Assembly (NCBI GenBank): GCA_030141605.1
Contig: JAQGDQ010000002.1
Span: 1,984,001 to 2,048,000 of the forward strand
Length of the DNA: 64,000 bases
Source: Tubiluchus corallicola
Taxonomy: Eukaryota; Animalia; Priapulida
Direction of reading: 5' to 3'
The position numbers were made by a program, and so were the translations under genes. Under the pieces are notes generated by a model, which saw nothing but the letters and a program-made list of their open reading frames with translations, was not told the origin of the DNA and searched no databases. Within the stretch, counting starts at the first letter, position 1. Every line of letters starts with the position of its first letter. Below are positions 26,838 to 39,500 of this stretch, piece after piece.

Positions 26838-29800
26838 TCATGTTGAACTTTCTTTCTTGGCTGAACACTCCTTCTTTGATTTATGCTTCAACATGAATGC
26901 AGCCAGGTACTCAACAGGATCAGGAGGCCTATACATAAAAAGGAAGGTAAGTTGACTTTTTGCTTTTTGATATGACACTTTGACAATGACACAATGATGT
27001 ATAACTATTACTTGTGACAGGCTATGTATCGTCAAAGTTCTTATCACATTCAGTGATCTAGGTGGTCTAGCCCTACGAAAAACTAAAAAACTAAAACCTC
27101 TGTTTTAAAGTCAGACAACTGAAGTTATAGTATAATAAAAAAATTTATTTTAAGTTAGCATTGATGTAAAAAAACGAAAATTATCGACTAATGATGGCAA
27201 TAAAACTTATATTATAATGCCTCAGAACTTAACACAAAGCCCACAAACAGTCAACTACCCACAAGAATTACTACAACTATCAACTAGCTAAACTTTTTCA
27301 TAATTCTGTGCCACATTTAATTTAACCTGCAAACTCGGAAAAGATTATTTTGCATCTTAGACAATTTAGGAGTTATAATGATGCTATTTTAAAATGTAAA
27401 TTTTTGGCTAATGAAATTTGGCCCCAAGTTTTGACACTGAGATTAGCCAAAGCATGCTGTGATACATAAACAATTTGAACTATTACTCTTCTTCTTCATT
27501 TGCCTCTAAAGTTACTGTAAGGCATACTAAAGTTGTTACCTTTCTTTAGCCAAAGCAGAAAGACCTTGTAGCAACAGGGGAACGACTGTGTAATCAAGAT
27601 ATTGTCGAGTAGGTAAAGCGTGCAGATCAACACTTCCCCTTTTTCCAATTCCATCACCTAGCTGCTTTTCAACATTTAAAATTTTCTGAAAAAAAAATAA
27701 AGTGGTAAAAAAGTTGTATACAGCATCAGAATCCTAAAACACAGGTCAAAGCTAAAATACACGTTGGTACTATCGTGAATGTTGCTGGCTAGCTCAATAC
27801 AAGAGTAATATTTAAATTACAAGGTTTATTTCTAACTCTCTATCACGACCACAGTGCTACAGAAGCTGTTCACAAAAGTAATTAGACATTGATGCATCAC
27901 TACTCACAACGCCTGATGTCTAAAATTATGTCTATAAAAGCACGATCCACGGTCATAAAAAATCTACCCAACCCTCCCAAAAAATACCCAAGACAATACA
28001 CACTTGAATTTCTTCAGTTGGATCTAGTGGTACATCCATTTCCACATTCTGTGTTGACAAGAGTTCCCTGGAGTCTCTTGCACCAACAAACCCTGTGAGA
28101 TATGAGAACATGTGAAACTTCGCTATTCTCAATAAACCAAACTGAAACCTTCAAATATTTACAATACTGACACATAATAAAGTGCTTTCAAACTACATAC
28201 CCTGCAAGATAAAAACTAGACTGGTTCTTAATATATAATACGAAAGAGAAATTCTCCGTACACATACACCTAATGTTGATATGTCAATAAGTCAATCAGC
28301 TAGCCAGGTAGTCAGTTTTTTTAGACCAGGATTGCTCCACAACTAGATTTTTTTTTCATTTTGTAAATTTAATACTAAAGGGTACTTTTGATAGGCATGC
28401 ATAATGTTCCTAAAGATTTATTTTGTTACAAGTCAACATTCTGTTACTAAAGCCAAACTTAGGTACACTTGCGATGCAACACAACTCACCTCAGCTGACA
28501 GGAATCAGTTATAGACACATACTCGGCTCAACTGCGCCTGATATCCAGCAAGTGCGCGCAACCAGCAAGGTACGAACAACTGAGTGTATGCAAATGAAAA
28601 AAATCTCTGACCAGACCTAGTGACCAGACCACAAATATCAGCAAACAATATCTAGGTTGCTGTGATTAGAAATGGTGGATACCATATGCAGTGAGTGGAA
28701 CACAAGAAACTCGCTGGAACTGAGTTGCGTTGCATTGATTTCCTTCGTAAGCTTGATGTCGACTGGATATACACATGCACTCGGAACTAGCGGCGTTCAG
28801 TTGCCGAGTTTCTAGTTGCTCTCAGTAGCATTGCTTCACTGGATCTATCTAAGCTTGTCTTAACAAATTAAACAGCTAGCAAAGTCAAAATGCAAAAGAT
28901 GTTGCATTATAAAATTGTGAGTCTCATAATTACCTTGCATAAATCTCATTCATGTAATCTTAATGTCAATATTATGATTGTTGATAGATAAAAACCCACA
29001 GTTTTTGTCAACTTTTTAAATTTTTATACCAAACTCGAAAGAAAATGTGAAAAAGTTGGAATACAGCCTGGATTTGAATTCAGTTGTATAAGACCACTAG
29101 GCCAATATATTCCACAGTGATCTTGACAGTCCAAAGTTCATCACTTTACAGCTGGCCTACCAAAAATTCAGCATTTTACTCTGATATGAGTGATCTAACA
29201 TTGGAAATGTTGAATTTGGTTGGCCAGCTATAAGGGATAAGCTATGGACTACCTTGATCACTGGGGAATATGGTGGTTTACGGCATTTGCATTGTAAGCA
29301 CGGTCCCTGGTTCAAATCCAGGCTGTATTCTAACTTTTTTCACATTTCCTGTGACCTGTGTTTCAAGTTTGGTATCAAAATCTTTATGAGCTTCTGTCAC
29401 TATTGCACATGACTGTTTTCAAATACCAAGGAGTTTAAAAATAGTACTTGCCGTTGTCCTGCCTGGCACATGGTATTTAGGGTAAAAGTGGGGTAATAAT
29501 GGTCTGTGTTATGTAGTTGCAGAACTATTATTTACAGCCGGCAAAAAACTTGTGAGCTTATGTTAATTGTTTATCTAAAAGCCTACTTAAAATAAAGATT
29601 ATTATTATATTGTTATATTACAAGACAATGTAACACAGAACAACATAAAACATAACATAGCACAACAATTATACATAACATATAAGACAATATAAAGTTA
29701 CAAATTATTCAGCTATACACACCAGTTGCATCTGGCTCATTGGCCAAACTATCAAAGCTGTCAGCTTTTGAGCCCTCGTGATATACTTTAACTTCAGGTA

Positions 29801-29849
29801 AAATCACTTCTTCCTCTGGTGGAACAGCCACAGTTTCGGTTGCTGACAT
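26838..29849 (-). CDS. DPY30: Protein dpy-30 homolog (COMPASS/MLL H3K4 methyltransferase complex subunit), 4 coding exons, 150 aa
   Basis: Exons 29849-29723, 28092-28004, 27685-27540 and 26928-26838 have GT-AG boundaries and compatible phases (1,0,2); total 453 nt. The C-terminus [47 protein letters not shown] is the Dpy-30 motif. The two N-terminal exons rest on splice signals and frame only. Confidence 0.92.
29020..29381. repeat. Long imperfect palindrome containing two divergent tRNA-like units
   Basis: Left arm 29020-29177 is the reverse complement of right arm 29204-29381 (for example gaatacagcctggatttgaa / ttcaaatccaggctgtattc, and cagctggcc / ggccagct). A B-box GGTTCAAATCC lies at 29309-29319. 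Confidence 0.85.
29415..29620 (+). mobile_element. 5'-truncated Meta-type SINE
   Basis: ATACCAAGGAGTTTAAAAATAGTACTTGCCGTTGTCCTGCCTGGCAC core similar to the 15.1-kb SINE; it ends AATAAAG(ATT)n. Confidence 0.65.
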
Positions 29850-30720
29850 CTTGGTGACTGTTATATTCAAGCTAGGCTTAATCAAAGCATAAGATTAACA
29901 AAGTGAGGCTTATAATAGCTTCTAAATAGTTTTCAGTCTGTGATCCATTTTCCTAGTGTTCATAAGCTAACCGTTCATTTGGATTAGCACAATAACAGGC
30001 ATCACTATGGTGTAACTGCATAAATGAAACAGGAATATTGAATTGGATGCCTGAATATAGGCTGTTGATTTTGGCTTATAACTGCATATATCATTATACT
30101 TTAATTGCTAACATGGGCTTCTGCAATCCCACATTTAACTATCATTTGTCCTGCTAATACATAGAGTTAAACAGCACCAGATTTTTATTTTCACCTTGTT
30201 GTTTAATATTGTTTAATAGGCATAATTTTATAAAACTAGTCTGTCAATTGTAAGGCAGTGTTTATCCTGAACATTTCAGATTTATGCAGTATGTTAGCTA
30301 AATACAGGGGTTCTCAACGTTTTTTTTGCTAAGTACCCCCAGAGTTATCAGACTATTGGCCTGCACCCTTTACAGATTTTACCCCGTACATAGCAAAAAG
30401 ATAGCATATTAAGATTAATTTAATGGATTTCAAATGATTCAGAAGTTAAGCATTAAACTAAGCAGAAGTTAAGTCAAATGATTCAGACTTTATTCGGAAG
30501 TTAAGAATTGACATCAGAAACATAGTATATTTAGTTAAACAGAAAGGAGCTTTTAAAAGATAATGTGGCAGTAGCTAGGACCTATATGAGTATACATCAC
30601 TCATGCAAGCCAGCTGACTGCAATCAGTAACTACAAACACTCAATACTGAATTGCAGCTTCAATGAAGAATTAATTTCATATAAACATATAGGGAAGATA
30701 TTCAATATAAATGCTGTATA

Positions 30721-31007
30721 CAGGCAGTCATTGACTTACTACCACATTCGGTTCCGGCAAATTAGTCGTAAGAGGACTTGGACGCAAGTTGGACTGTATG
30801 TTCAAGTCACATGTTGTATGTGCATGCGCACCAAGTGTTGGAGGCAGATGAATTTGTTACAACATATAGCGATTTAAAATTAATTTGCTTAAAAAAGAAG
30901 GAGATATGAGTTATTATTAGTTTTGTATAATTAATTAATGAAACAGTGGTCGGGTTGTAGAGTCAAACAGTTGTAAGTTGCGTAGGTCATAAGTCAACGG
31001 CTACCTG
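30721..31007. mobile_element. Tc1/mariner (pogo/Tigger-like) MITE
   Basis: TA/CAGGCAGTCATTGACTTA ... TAAGTCAACGGCTACCTG/TA: 18-bp TIR with 15/18 match and a TA target-site duplication. Confidence 0.75.
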
Positions 31008-31132
31008 TATAAGGGCCGCTTAGACCTGTTGTTTGAGTATGGCCCAAATTTGAAGTCATGAACACAACTGATGCGGGACACAAATCTAGCTGGGTCATTT
31101 TCTTTCTCTGCAGAAAAAGCAGATTTAAGACT

Positions 31133-31815
31133 TTAAAGCACAAATAAAGAAAACACTCTTTGTAAACAAAGCCTAAAAAATCTATCTAGGAATCTTATAT
31201 TATTTACATGTTGTGTTATTGCATACAGGGCTTGAGAAGCCAGCAACATTGTATAAACTTGTAAATTTAAACTCTCGTGATGATCATTAGATGCAGCCAT
31301 TTTAACTGTAAGTTAATTGAAACACGTTTAGGTAACATTGTGTTAAGTCTGAAATATAATCACAGCGGTCATAGCACACACTTCATTAACTTGCCAAAAG
31401 TTCAAATAACTTAATGTCATCAATAAAATCAATAATGTGTTTTTTCTTAATGTTGTCAATAAAATCAATAACGTGTTTTTTATCTATCAATGGTGCATAT
31501 TTAGATGAGGATGCAGTGTCATTTTACCAGGCAGCACAAAGATTTTAAATTAAATTTTACTAATTAATTAGATTATTACTGTGATTTCCAGAATGTTTAT
31601 AAACCATTGCGGTTTATTTTAACAACTATTATCCATTAATTAGTAATATCGTTAGTTGCCAACTAACTTGAGAAAAGTGTTGATCTTAAGAAATTTCATT
31701 TTCAATTACAAATATAAGTCTTTCAAACAGGTAAACGTAATCCTAAGTATTAAATACAACTTTGTGTAGAAATTTTTTCATTATGTACTTTAAAATTTCC
31801 TCTTATTCCTCTTAA
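31133..31815. mobile_element. TTAA-bounded non-autonomous DNA transposon (Kolobok-like), copy 2
   Basis: Homologous to 10693-11189 with extra internal sequence; TTAA at both ends. Confidence 0.65.
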
Positions 31816-32284
31816 TGTCCTAGTGCTTTTTTGCTAATCATACAAGTACACCTGTGAACCTCTACGGAATAGCAAACTCCAAATTACGAACCCATCAGCT
31901 GAAAAATTCTCAAAAATTTATAAATGTTTGTATTAATTTGTCTGTTGATTCTATCTTGCATCACAAATTATACTTTTTTCTTTCCTCAATTTCTAGTTAA
32001 ATAGAAGTCTTGCGATCAAGTTTAACAGTACATCCAGCAAATTAGGCTTATAAACAGTTATAATCACACAGGCTGAAAGTGTAGTGAAATGACATTTGTC
32101 TCCATCATTGAACATCAAAATTACACACAAACAAAGCACCTACCTACCCAGCAAGACTGAATGACCATCATTGCATTATAGGAGAAGAAAACTTGATACA
32201 TGTGTGTCATATTATAAATAATATCGACAACGTTGCTGCAGAAAGTTCGTCACAAAAGCTACTTACAGCAGAACCTGAGAACAC

Positions 32285-32440
32285 ACACAAAAGTTATTTA
32301 ACAAACAAAGTACATTTCACCTGAAGCTAAATTCTTTCTCCAGGAGTAATAAATATATGGAATAAGTTGCCACAGGAAGCCATTGGTGCCAAGACTGTAA
32401 GCAGCTTTGAAGGAAAAATTGACAAATCACTTCATCACCT
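32285..32440 (+). mobile_element. CR1-type LINE 3' fragment
   Basis: Translates as FFSPGVINIWNKLPQEAIGAKTVSSFEGKIDK, typical of a CR1 ORF2 C-terminus. Confidence 0.7.
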
Positions 32441-33366
32441 GAGATACAGTGCTGATGACTGCATTATGTACCATCCTGTCAAATTGTCTTCAAAAGGACT
32501 TAGATAGATTGCATAAATGAGAGCAGGATTGTCTAATGCATTTTAACATTGACAAGTGTGACATCATATGTCTTTCTCATGCTCATTCCATTGTTATAAA
32601 TTACCAATATGTTCTGCATGATAAACCATTAAATTTGGCTTCACTGGTGCGATATTTAGATGTCACAGCCTCGAAAGACTTAAAATCGAGCAGCTCACGT
32701 ATTCACAAAATAGCAACCAAAGGCATGAAAACATTAAGAATTCTTCGAAGAAATGTGGAGCATTGTCCAAAAACTATCAAAGACTCTGCTTACAAATCAA
32801 TATTAAGGCCAAAATTAGAATATGCTTATTCAGCCTGGGAGCCATACATAAGCAATAAGATTTTGGAACTTGAGTGAGTGCAATGTAGATCAGCAAGATT
32901 TGTGTGCAATATATCACAGAGATGATAGTGTGACATCTATGTTAGACTCTCTGGAATGGTCAAGTTTAAAAAAGCGGTGTGCAGAACAACGTCTGTGCAT
33001 GGTTCACCAAATCTTATACCATCATGTAGATATTAATTTTGATATATTATTTACCAGAGCTACCAGGGAATGCCGAAATCCACATCAGTACAAGCTTCAA
33101 AACTACCAGAGCAACAAAGATTGTTTTAAATATTCTTTTGGACTATATTCAGTCATCCAGTGGAATAATCTACCTTCACGTGTTGTGCAAATTTCGGTCA
33201 CAGTGAAGTTTAAAACAGCGATACAAGAGTTTGACCTGTCATTGGACAGGGAATCATATAAATGTTCACTAGATAGTGTTCTTTTGTTGCCACGCATGCA
33301 CGCTGCAATATTCCTGAAGCCTAAACTTGGGAATGCTGTAGTATCTACGTTCAGATTCAGATTCAG
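32441..33366 (+). mobile_element. 5'-truncated CR1/L2-group LINE (degenerate reverse transcriptase C-half)
   Basis: Begins at an SADDCIMY (YADD-like) motif, then MHFNIDKC, AYKSILRPKLEYA..AWEP, LEWSSLKKR and WNNLP, with frameshifts and stops. It ends in a (TTCAGA)n tail at 33350-33366. Confidence 0.9.
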
Positions 33367-33689
33367 TTACACGTATATGACATATATAACACCAGTGAAT
33401 TGTAGTTGTATACGAGAAAATATATTTATCTTTAACTGCTGTTATGTATGAGCAAAATAAGGTTTCGGACCTTAACAGTGCCCAAAGACATCAGAGATGT
33501 CAGGTACCATCACTAAAACCACAATCAGTATCACTACCATAACTAGGACGCAAGTGATATCTTTCAAGTTTCATTCCACAACTACAAATTTTACTGTGAC
33601 GCAGATGGTCATTTAGTGACGAAAGCTATTATACCTGATTACTGTGACTTTAATGAGCTGATGTAGATATAGCCTGTTTAATTCTAACG

Positions 33690-34140
33690 CTTAAATAAAC
33701 GAAAAATTAACGTGCCAAGTCAAATAATTTGCATCACTAAGCACGTGCACCAGTTACAAACCAGAGTCCGCGTCGCTAGGTGCGGCGTGCTATAGACTGC
33801 GAATGTCGACTGCCGAGTGATTGACTGAAATATAAATACACCCCAAACGTTACAATGAATCATAGAGTTAAGGACCGAAATCGAGTTGGAGCCATTACAG
33901 CATCATCAATTCATCGTCATCTAAGGTATCATACGTACGCAAGGACATGATTCTGTTCGCCTCTTTAAGCCAGGACTCCCAACTCGCTGCAGTGTGCCAA
34001 GAGCATTTATCTCTATGGTTCAGTGCTGAATTAAGTGTTTAAAGCGTTCTCTGCAAAATCTAAATAAAATTATACTGTTACCTTACTTATACTATCATCA
34101 GACCCGACGAGAGAGGGGACAGCTGGGGTCAGTGCCCTGG
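33690..34140. promoter_or_regulatory. CpG-retaining island, probable DPY30 promoter / first-exon region
   Basis: Local CpG cluster (ccgcgtcgctaggtgcggcgtgc, gtcgac, tacgtacg) between two divergent genes in otherwise CpG-poor DNA. The DPY30 ATG exon has an upstream acceptor near 29873, implying a further 5' exon. Minus-strand donor-like sites lie at 34078-34086. Confidence 0.45.
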
Positions 34141-34409
34141 GGCCTAGATGTCTATGTAGCTCGAGAAAATTAAGCATGCAACTATGGGGGTTTTATATAA
34201 CAAGAGCTGCTAAAGTCTTTTTTCTTTTTGGACCTTGGCATAATAATTGATAGTAACATTTATTTTAAACAACATGTAGCATAAATCACAAACAAAGTAC
34301 ATCAAAGAGTAACACTCATTTAAAGGAATTTCAAGTATTTGAATACACTTATGCTGTTGAAGCTGTACAAATCTGTGGTAAGACACATCACTGACTATGC
34401 AGATGTAAT

Positions 34410-34790
34410 ATGGCACCCTAAAGGGCAATATTAAGACTTGTAGTAGAGAGAAATCAAAGGAAAGCTACTAAGTTAGTCCCAAGCATGAGAGGGGAAGAAT
34501 ATCCGCAATGGCTCAAGAGTGGTTACCTTGAGGTACAGGCGAAACAGGCATGACATGATACGGTATATAGAACACTACATGGCATAGATACAGGACACAC
34601 AAAGAACAAGAGGACACCCATTTAAACTGCTCAAAACAAGACTGCATGGAAGATGAAACAAAAGGAAAGCTGTTTTGTCCCACAGAGTAGTAAATGCCTG
34701 GAATGACATGCCTTCTTATGTAGTCGAGTCTACCAGTTTAGCTCAATTTAAGGCTCGTTTGGATAGACACAAGCAAAATCACTCAGAAAA
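34410..34790 (+). mobile_element. CR1-type LINE 3' fragment
   Basis: Frameshifted remnants IQRKATKLVP, TRGHPFKL and RVVNAWNDMPSYVVESTSLAQFKARLD. Confidence 0.8.
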
Positions 34791-34939
34791 ATACGTTGAT
34801 TGTAATAGGCCACCTTGGGAGTTGTGAGCAGCAAAGTTTAGTTATGCCATGGCGTCCTCCACTGCTGGTGTCTTCACAAATTTTTAGTTTTTTTTATAGT
34901 GCGCTCAGAAAAATAGAGGGATCAATGCTAAGCCCCATC

Positions 34940-35348
34940 AATTTTGAGCATCGAGCACTTGAGTTTGATTCGAATGAGTTTTTTGTTCAAATTCCATTTA
35001 AACCTTAAATTATAAATTCTAATAATTTGAGAACTTCAAACATATGCGTTTCTTATCCTTATAACTTTTGAAATCTCCCGCAGTTGGCACAATTTAGCTG
35101 TGATTCCTGCGCACAATTTTCAAATAAATTATTAGTTATTTTATTGCAGAACAAATCAAATAATATGCATAGCCTCTGTAAGACTGCTGTTTATTGGTCG
35201 TTCGAAAACTCGTTCGAAAATCCTTCCAACAAAGTTCGAATTTGATTCGAATTCAAAATACTGAAATTTGGTTCGATTCGTATTCGAATGTCACAAATAA
35301 ATTCAATTCAATTCGAATTCGCTTTCTCGTAGAGAATGCTCAGCCCTA
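34940..35348 (-). mobile_element. hAT-type MITE with TTCGAA subterminal repeats (opposite orientation to the 53-kb copy)
   Basis: Right end ATGCTCAGCCCTA. The internal sequence is the reverse complement of 53052-53560 (taagactgct / agcagtctta; taatatgcat / atgcatatta). Confidence 0.75.
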
Positions 35349-35399
35349 TTCTTCATGCTGTTTCTTCTCTGTAGTTTTTCCCTCATCAGTAATACCTTT

Positions 35400-35545
35400 T
35401 TGATTGGTCTAGGCACTGTAGGTTCTTGCATTCATAATTTTCACGTCTTTGAATTTAACTGTATTGAAATTGTGAATTTCTAACAAAATAATGTGTGAAA
35501 TACTTGTATGTAGTGTTTAAAAACGTCAGGTAAGGCGCCATTTTT
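35400..35545 (+). promoter_or_regulatory. Probable promoter and 5'UTR exon of the GPR180/TMEM145-like gene
   Basis: Inverted CCAAT box (tgATTGGt, ~35403), CAG/GTAAGG donor at 35530 and a YY1-like GCGCCATTTT at 35535-35544. A matching acceptor ttgttacAG ends at 36468, just before the ATG exon. Confidence 0.4.
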
Positions 35546-35714
35546 TACAACAGAATCACTAATAAATGAGAATATCTTCTGGAGTCACATGTCCTCTGAC
35601 GTACATGACTCTTGCAATCATTTTAAACCATGCCGCCCTGCCACCTGCAACTGCCCACGTCTCTGAATTTTTGATATCTAATGGTGTATTGATAAGATCT
35701 TTTTTTGGATGAAA

Positions 35715-35910
35715 TTAATGTAAGACAGCAGCTTGTAGTTTCATTAATTTCTGCAGTACTTCTTTGAAAGCTAATTTTAATGGGCTGTCATCTGGTAGTC
35801 GTATAACATGTCGTATCCATCTTAATCTTTTCTTTTTGATATTAACTGTCCATACTCGTCTCAGTCGTCTGCCTTGACTTTGTTGTACAGATCCTGATTT
35901 GATCTTATAC
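35715..35910 (-). mobile_element. RTE-like LINE remnant
   Basis: IKKKRLRWIRHVIRLPDDSPLKLA resembles the RLRWxGHVxR motif of RTE ORF C-termini. Confidence 0.6.
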
Positions 35911-36512
35911 AACTATAAAACTTGTTGATGTTGTTAGAACTTTCACATTTTCACAATCACAAAGTTTTCGCTTCGCTTTGTTTGTATTTTTTGTGTTTCT
36001 TGTACATTGATTTTTCTGTAATTGTAATTTTTCCATGATACACTATTGTATTTGCGCAGTAAAACTGAACTGAATGGAATTGAATTAACAGCAGATTCCT
36101 AGTTTTGCGTATTGGCCAGGAACTGGAAAAAAGTAAATCAAGTAATCTTGTAATTCATCACTTTATAACAGTTTATATTAAGTGATATTATAACTTATAT
36201 ATTAATTGATATTATAACTTATAAGTAATTGTGTGATACGGATCACAAGTTTACAATTATTTACCTTTAGTTGACCAACACTTGTCTGCGTTTTCAACAT
36301 GGTGGTTTTTGGCATTTTGGAATGTCTACTAAATTTGTGACTTTTGTAGTTTGTGTAAACTTTCTGACGCCGCGAAAGTTTGAAATTTGGGAATGCCTCA
36401 TTTGTAGAAAATTGTGTATACTAAGTTTCTAACTGAGGTGTTTAATTTCTGTTTATTTTTTGTTACAGCACCAAAACAACATACAGACTACAGTGCGCTT
36501 AACAAGTATAAA

Positions 36513-39500
36513 ATGAATTGTAGAACATCATTTTACTGGTTACTACATCTGATGAACTTGTGTCAGATATGTGTTGTTGCTCTTCGCCTTCAGGGTACAT
36601 GGAATAGTAATGATTTTTTTCTTTTTCTTGCTAAATTCGGCTTTCAGAAGACGAACATTCATGACAAAGAAAATTCTCAGGGATATATATATGGAAATAT
36701 AACAACTAGAACTAATGCAAGCAGCCAAGTAACACTTGTAGCTGTTAACAAAGACTATTTCTTAAAATTTTATGAAAATAGGACATTGCATAGACAGAAT
36801 ATTGATGTCTGCTCTATCATGTTTTCGAAAATCGACACAGTTGCTTATGATCATTTGTGCAATGTAAATGGACAAGAAGATTTTCTTCGCAGAGTGCCAT
36901 GTCCAGTAGGTGGTGTATGTGTAGATCATAGGGACTTGCCTGAAAAACTTGTTCAGGGGTCGCAGTTTACTTATCAAATTGAAGATATTAATCAACCCAG
37001 GTAATATAATTTTTACTATTAATAACAATACATTTAAAAATTTATGATAACTGAAAGATTATTAAATACCTTCTACAGTCTTCCGTTAAATAGCTTTTGT
37101 CTTTGTATTTATATTGAGAATTTCCAACAACATCCTTTAACTTTACAGTCAGTTCTATTTAACTCTGATCTCGTAAGTGGTCAACTCAGATTACTTCTTA
37201 GTTCATAACAGATGTCAAAGTCTAAAAGGGTTCTTATGTAGGTAAATTAAGTGCATACTGTATATATAATTTGTATTTCATACAATTTGTATTTCACTTA
37301 TGTTAATTTCATGTTACTTGCATTAATTTTATTCATTACCTGCACATTAAGTAAACTAAAATGGTTATATCATTTTGCATAATGCTAAAAAACAGTGATT
37401 TATATTCACTTTTTGAACATTAAATAAGCTGTTTGTTCTGATAGCTGATTTTGGTGATATCTTTATATTTGCACATCAAAATGTTCTGATTCAGTATTCT
37501 GTGTTAGTAACCATTGTGCATTCCTAAATAAATCTATGAGTGTTGTTAGCCTGCACGAGAGTTCAGTAAGCAGAAATTATGTCATGGCAGTCGTTTAACA
37601 AATATTCCAGTGTATATGACTTTTCCTATTTAAATAATAAGCATTCTGTTTATTTGATTATAAATTACTAGGTAAATGTTGCTAGTGAATAGTCACTCAT
37701 TTGTTGTTTTCGTTTGTTAGGTTTTGGTATGTCAGCTTAGTTTCTTGCTGTCGTGCACCAAATGGCTTAAATGTCAACAGCTCAGAATTTGGTTGCAATT
37801 GGACGAGCACTGATAAATCAGGCATAGACATTGATTATGATATATGGTTAGTGAATGGTAATCCGTATACCAAACAACGTAACCCATTTGAGTTTCAGTT
37901 CTCCTATGACAATGTCGATACTGTAGAAATATATAGCGTGTTTTTTCTCGTGTATAGTGTTGCTATTGCCATGCAGATTTATGCAGTGAGGAAAAGGAGT
38001 CATCCACTGACACGGTTGTTGACATTCTGTTTAGCTATGGAGTTCTTTGGTATTCTTTTGAATATAATTCATGTGCTCAAATTTGCTTTAGATGGCATAG
38101 GTATTGAAAAAGTTATGCTTGCTGGGAACCTGATTGATATTTTAGCAGAGTGCTGTATGATGATGCTACTGTTGTTAATTGCAAAAGGATGGATGATAAC
38201 AAGGATGAGGATAACTTGTAAATTTCTTCTGTTCTCCATATGGTCTGCTTACACTTGTGTCTACGTGTTTCTTTTTGTGTGGAATTTGGTATGTTAAAAC
38301 TTGCCATTTGAAATGTTTAAAATTTCTATTTACAAAGACAAGCCATATGCTGGCTACATGATATAAAAACTTTAGATGTTAGCTATTGTTCATTTTTAGA
38401 ACATTCTGCTCAGTTTTCAACTTTATTGTTTTACTGTAGTTTCTGATTTTTTTGCAACTTTGTGAACTAAATCAATATATAATTAGTGCAAAACTTAATG
38501 CAATTTAATTATTAATTTTGTTCAACCGTGAATTGCAAAAGTATCAAATTTTATATAATTGATAAGTTTGTAAATTGTAGTGTGTTGTTCATTTCAGACT
38601 GAAGTTGATGTCATTCAGGATCTAGATGAGTATCAGACCTGGCCTGGGTGGATGATTCTTGTCTTTAGACTTGCAATAATGGTATATTTAACTTATAACT
38701 TTCTATTGAATCACTGTTATTTGAATTTATGTAGTCTATCAGTTTCAGTGAATTACCCCGCCAGTCATTAAATTAGGCAGTTAGTCATACTCATTGACCA
38801 ATGTATGGAGCAGGCGGTCTTGAATTATACAGGTAAGTGAGCCATTGAGCTGGCATTTGGTGAATTAAACAAGTAAGTGAGTCAGTCAGTAAATGAGTTA
38901 GTGAGTTGTCACTCCATTGTTTTGGTTACTTTATTCTGTCTCTGAAAGTTAATCATGTAGTGAATTACTCAACTAGTCATGAGTCAGCAAGTTGGTGAAT
39001 TAGTCGGTAATCAGGCACTTAATCATTTAGTCATTCATGCTGGTATTGTATTTTTCAATCTCATCGTGTATAATGTATAATGTTATGTTTAGGCTATGTT
39101 TTGGTCTCAGTCCATTTATATTGGTTAGACTTGTTTTTATCTTGATTAAACCATTTTTCACAACCAAGAACTGTGAACGTACAAGATAGGTACCTAAATA
39201 ATCTATACTCTTATATTAATATTCTTGGTATATATATATATATATAAGATTCGAGGCTACAGCCCGGACGAGGCCACCATTTGCGGCGATCTATATATCA
39301 AACGAAAGGTCTCAATCTAGTGTCGTGCCATTGATGGTTTATTTTTCGAATCGGGCCCACCGGGAGGAACGGGAGGCGAAAAAACCCCAAAAATGGCCCT
39401 TTTTCAGCCGTTTTTTGCAAAAAAATTGCAAAAGTTATACGGCTGAGATGTAGAGAACGGGAATGGGCCGAGGGGGGTACTGGGTATGGATAGATAGCCC

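Noticed and set aside
35200-35325. GAA/TTC arrays as heat-shock elements
   Set aside because: The spacing is TTCGAA/GAATTC rather than nGAAnnTTCn; they are MITE subterminal repeats.
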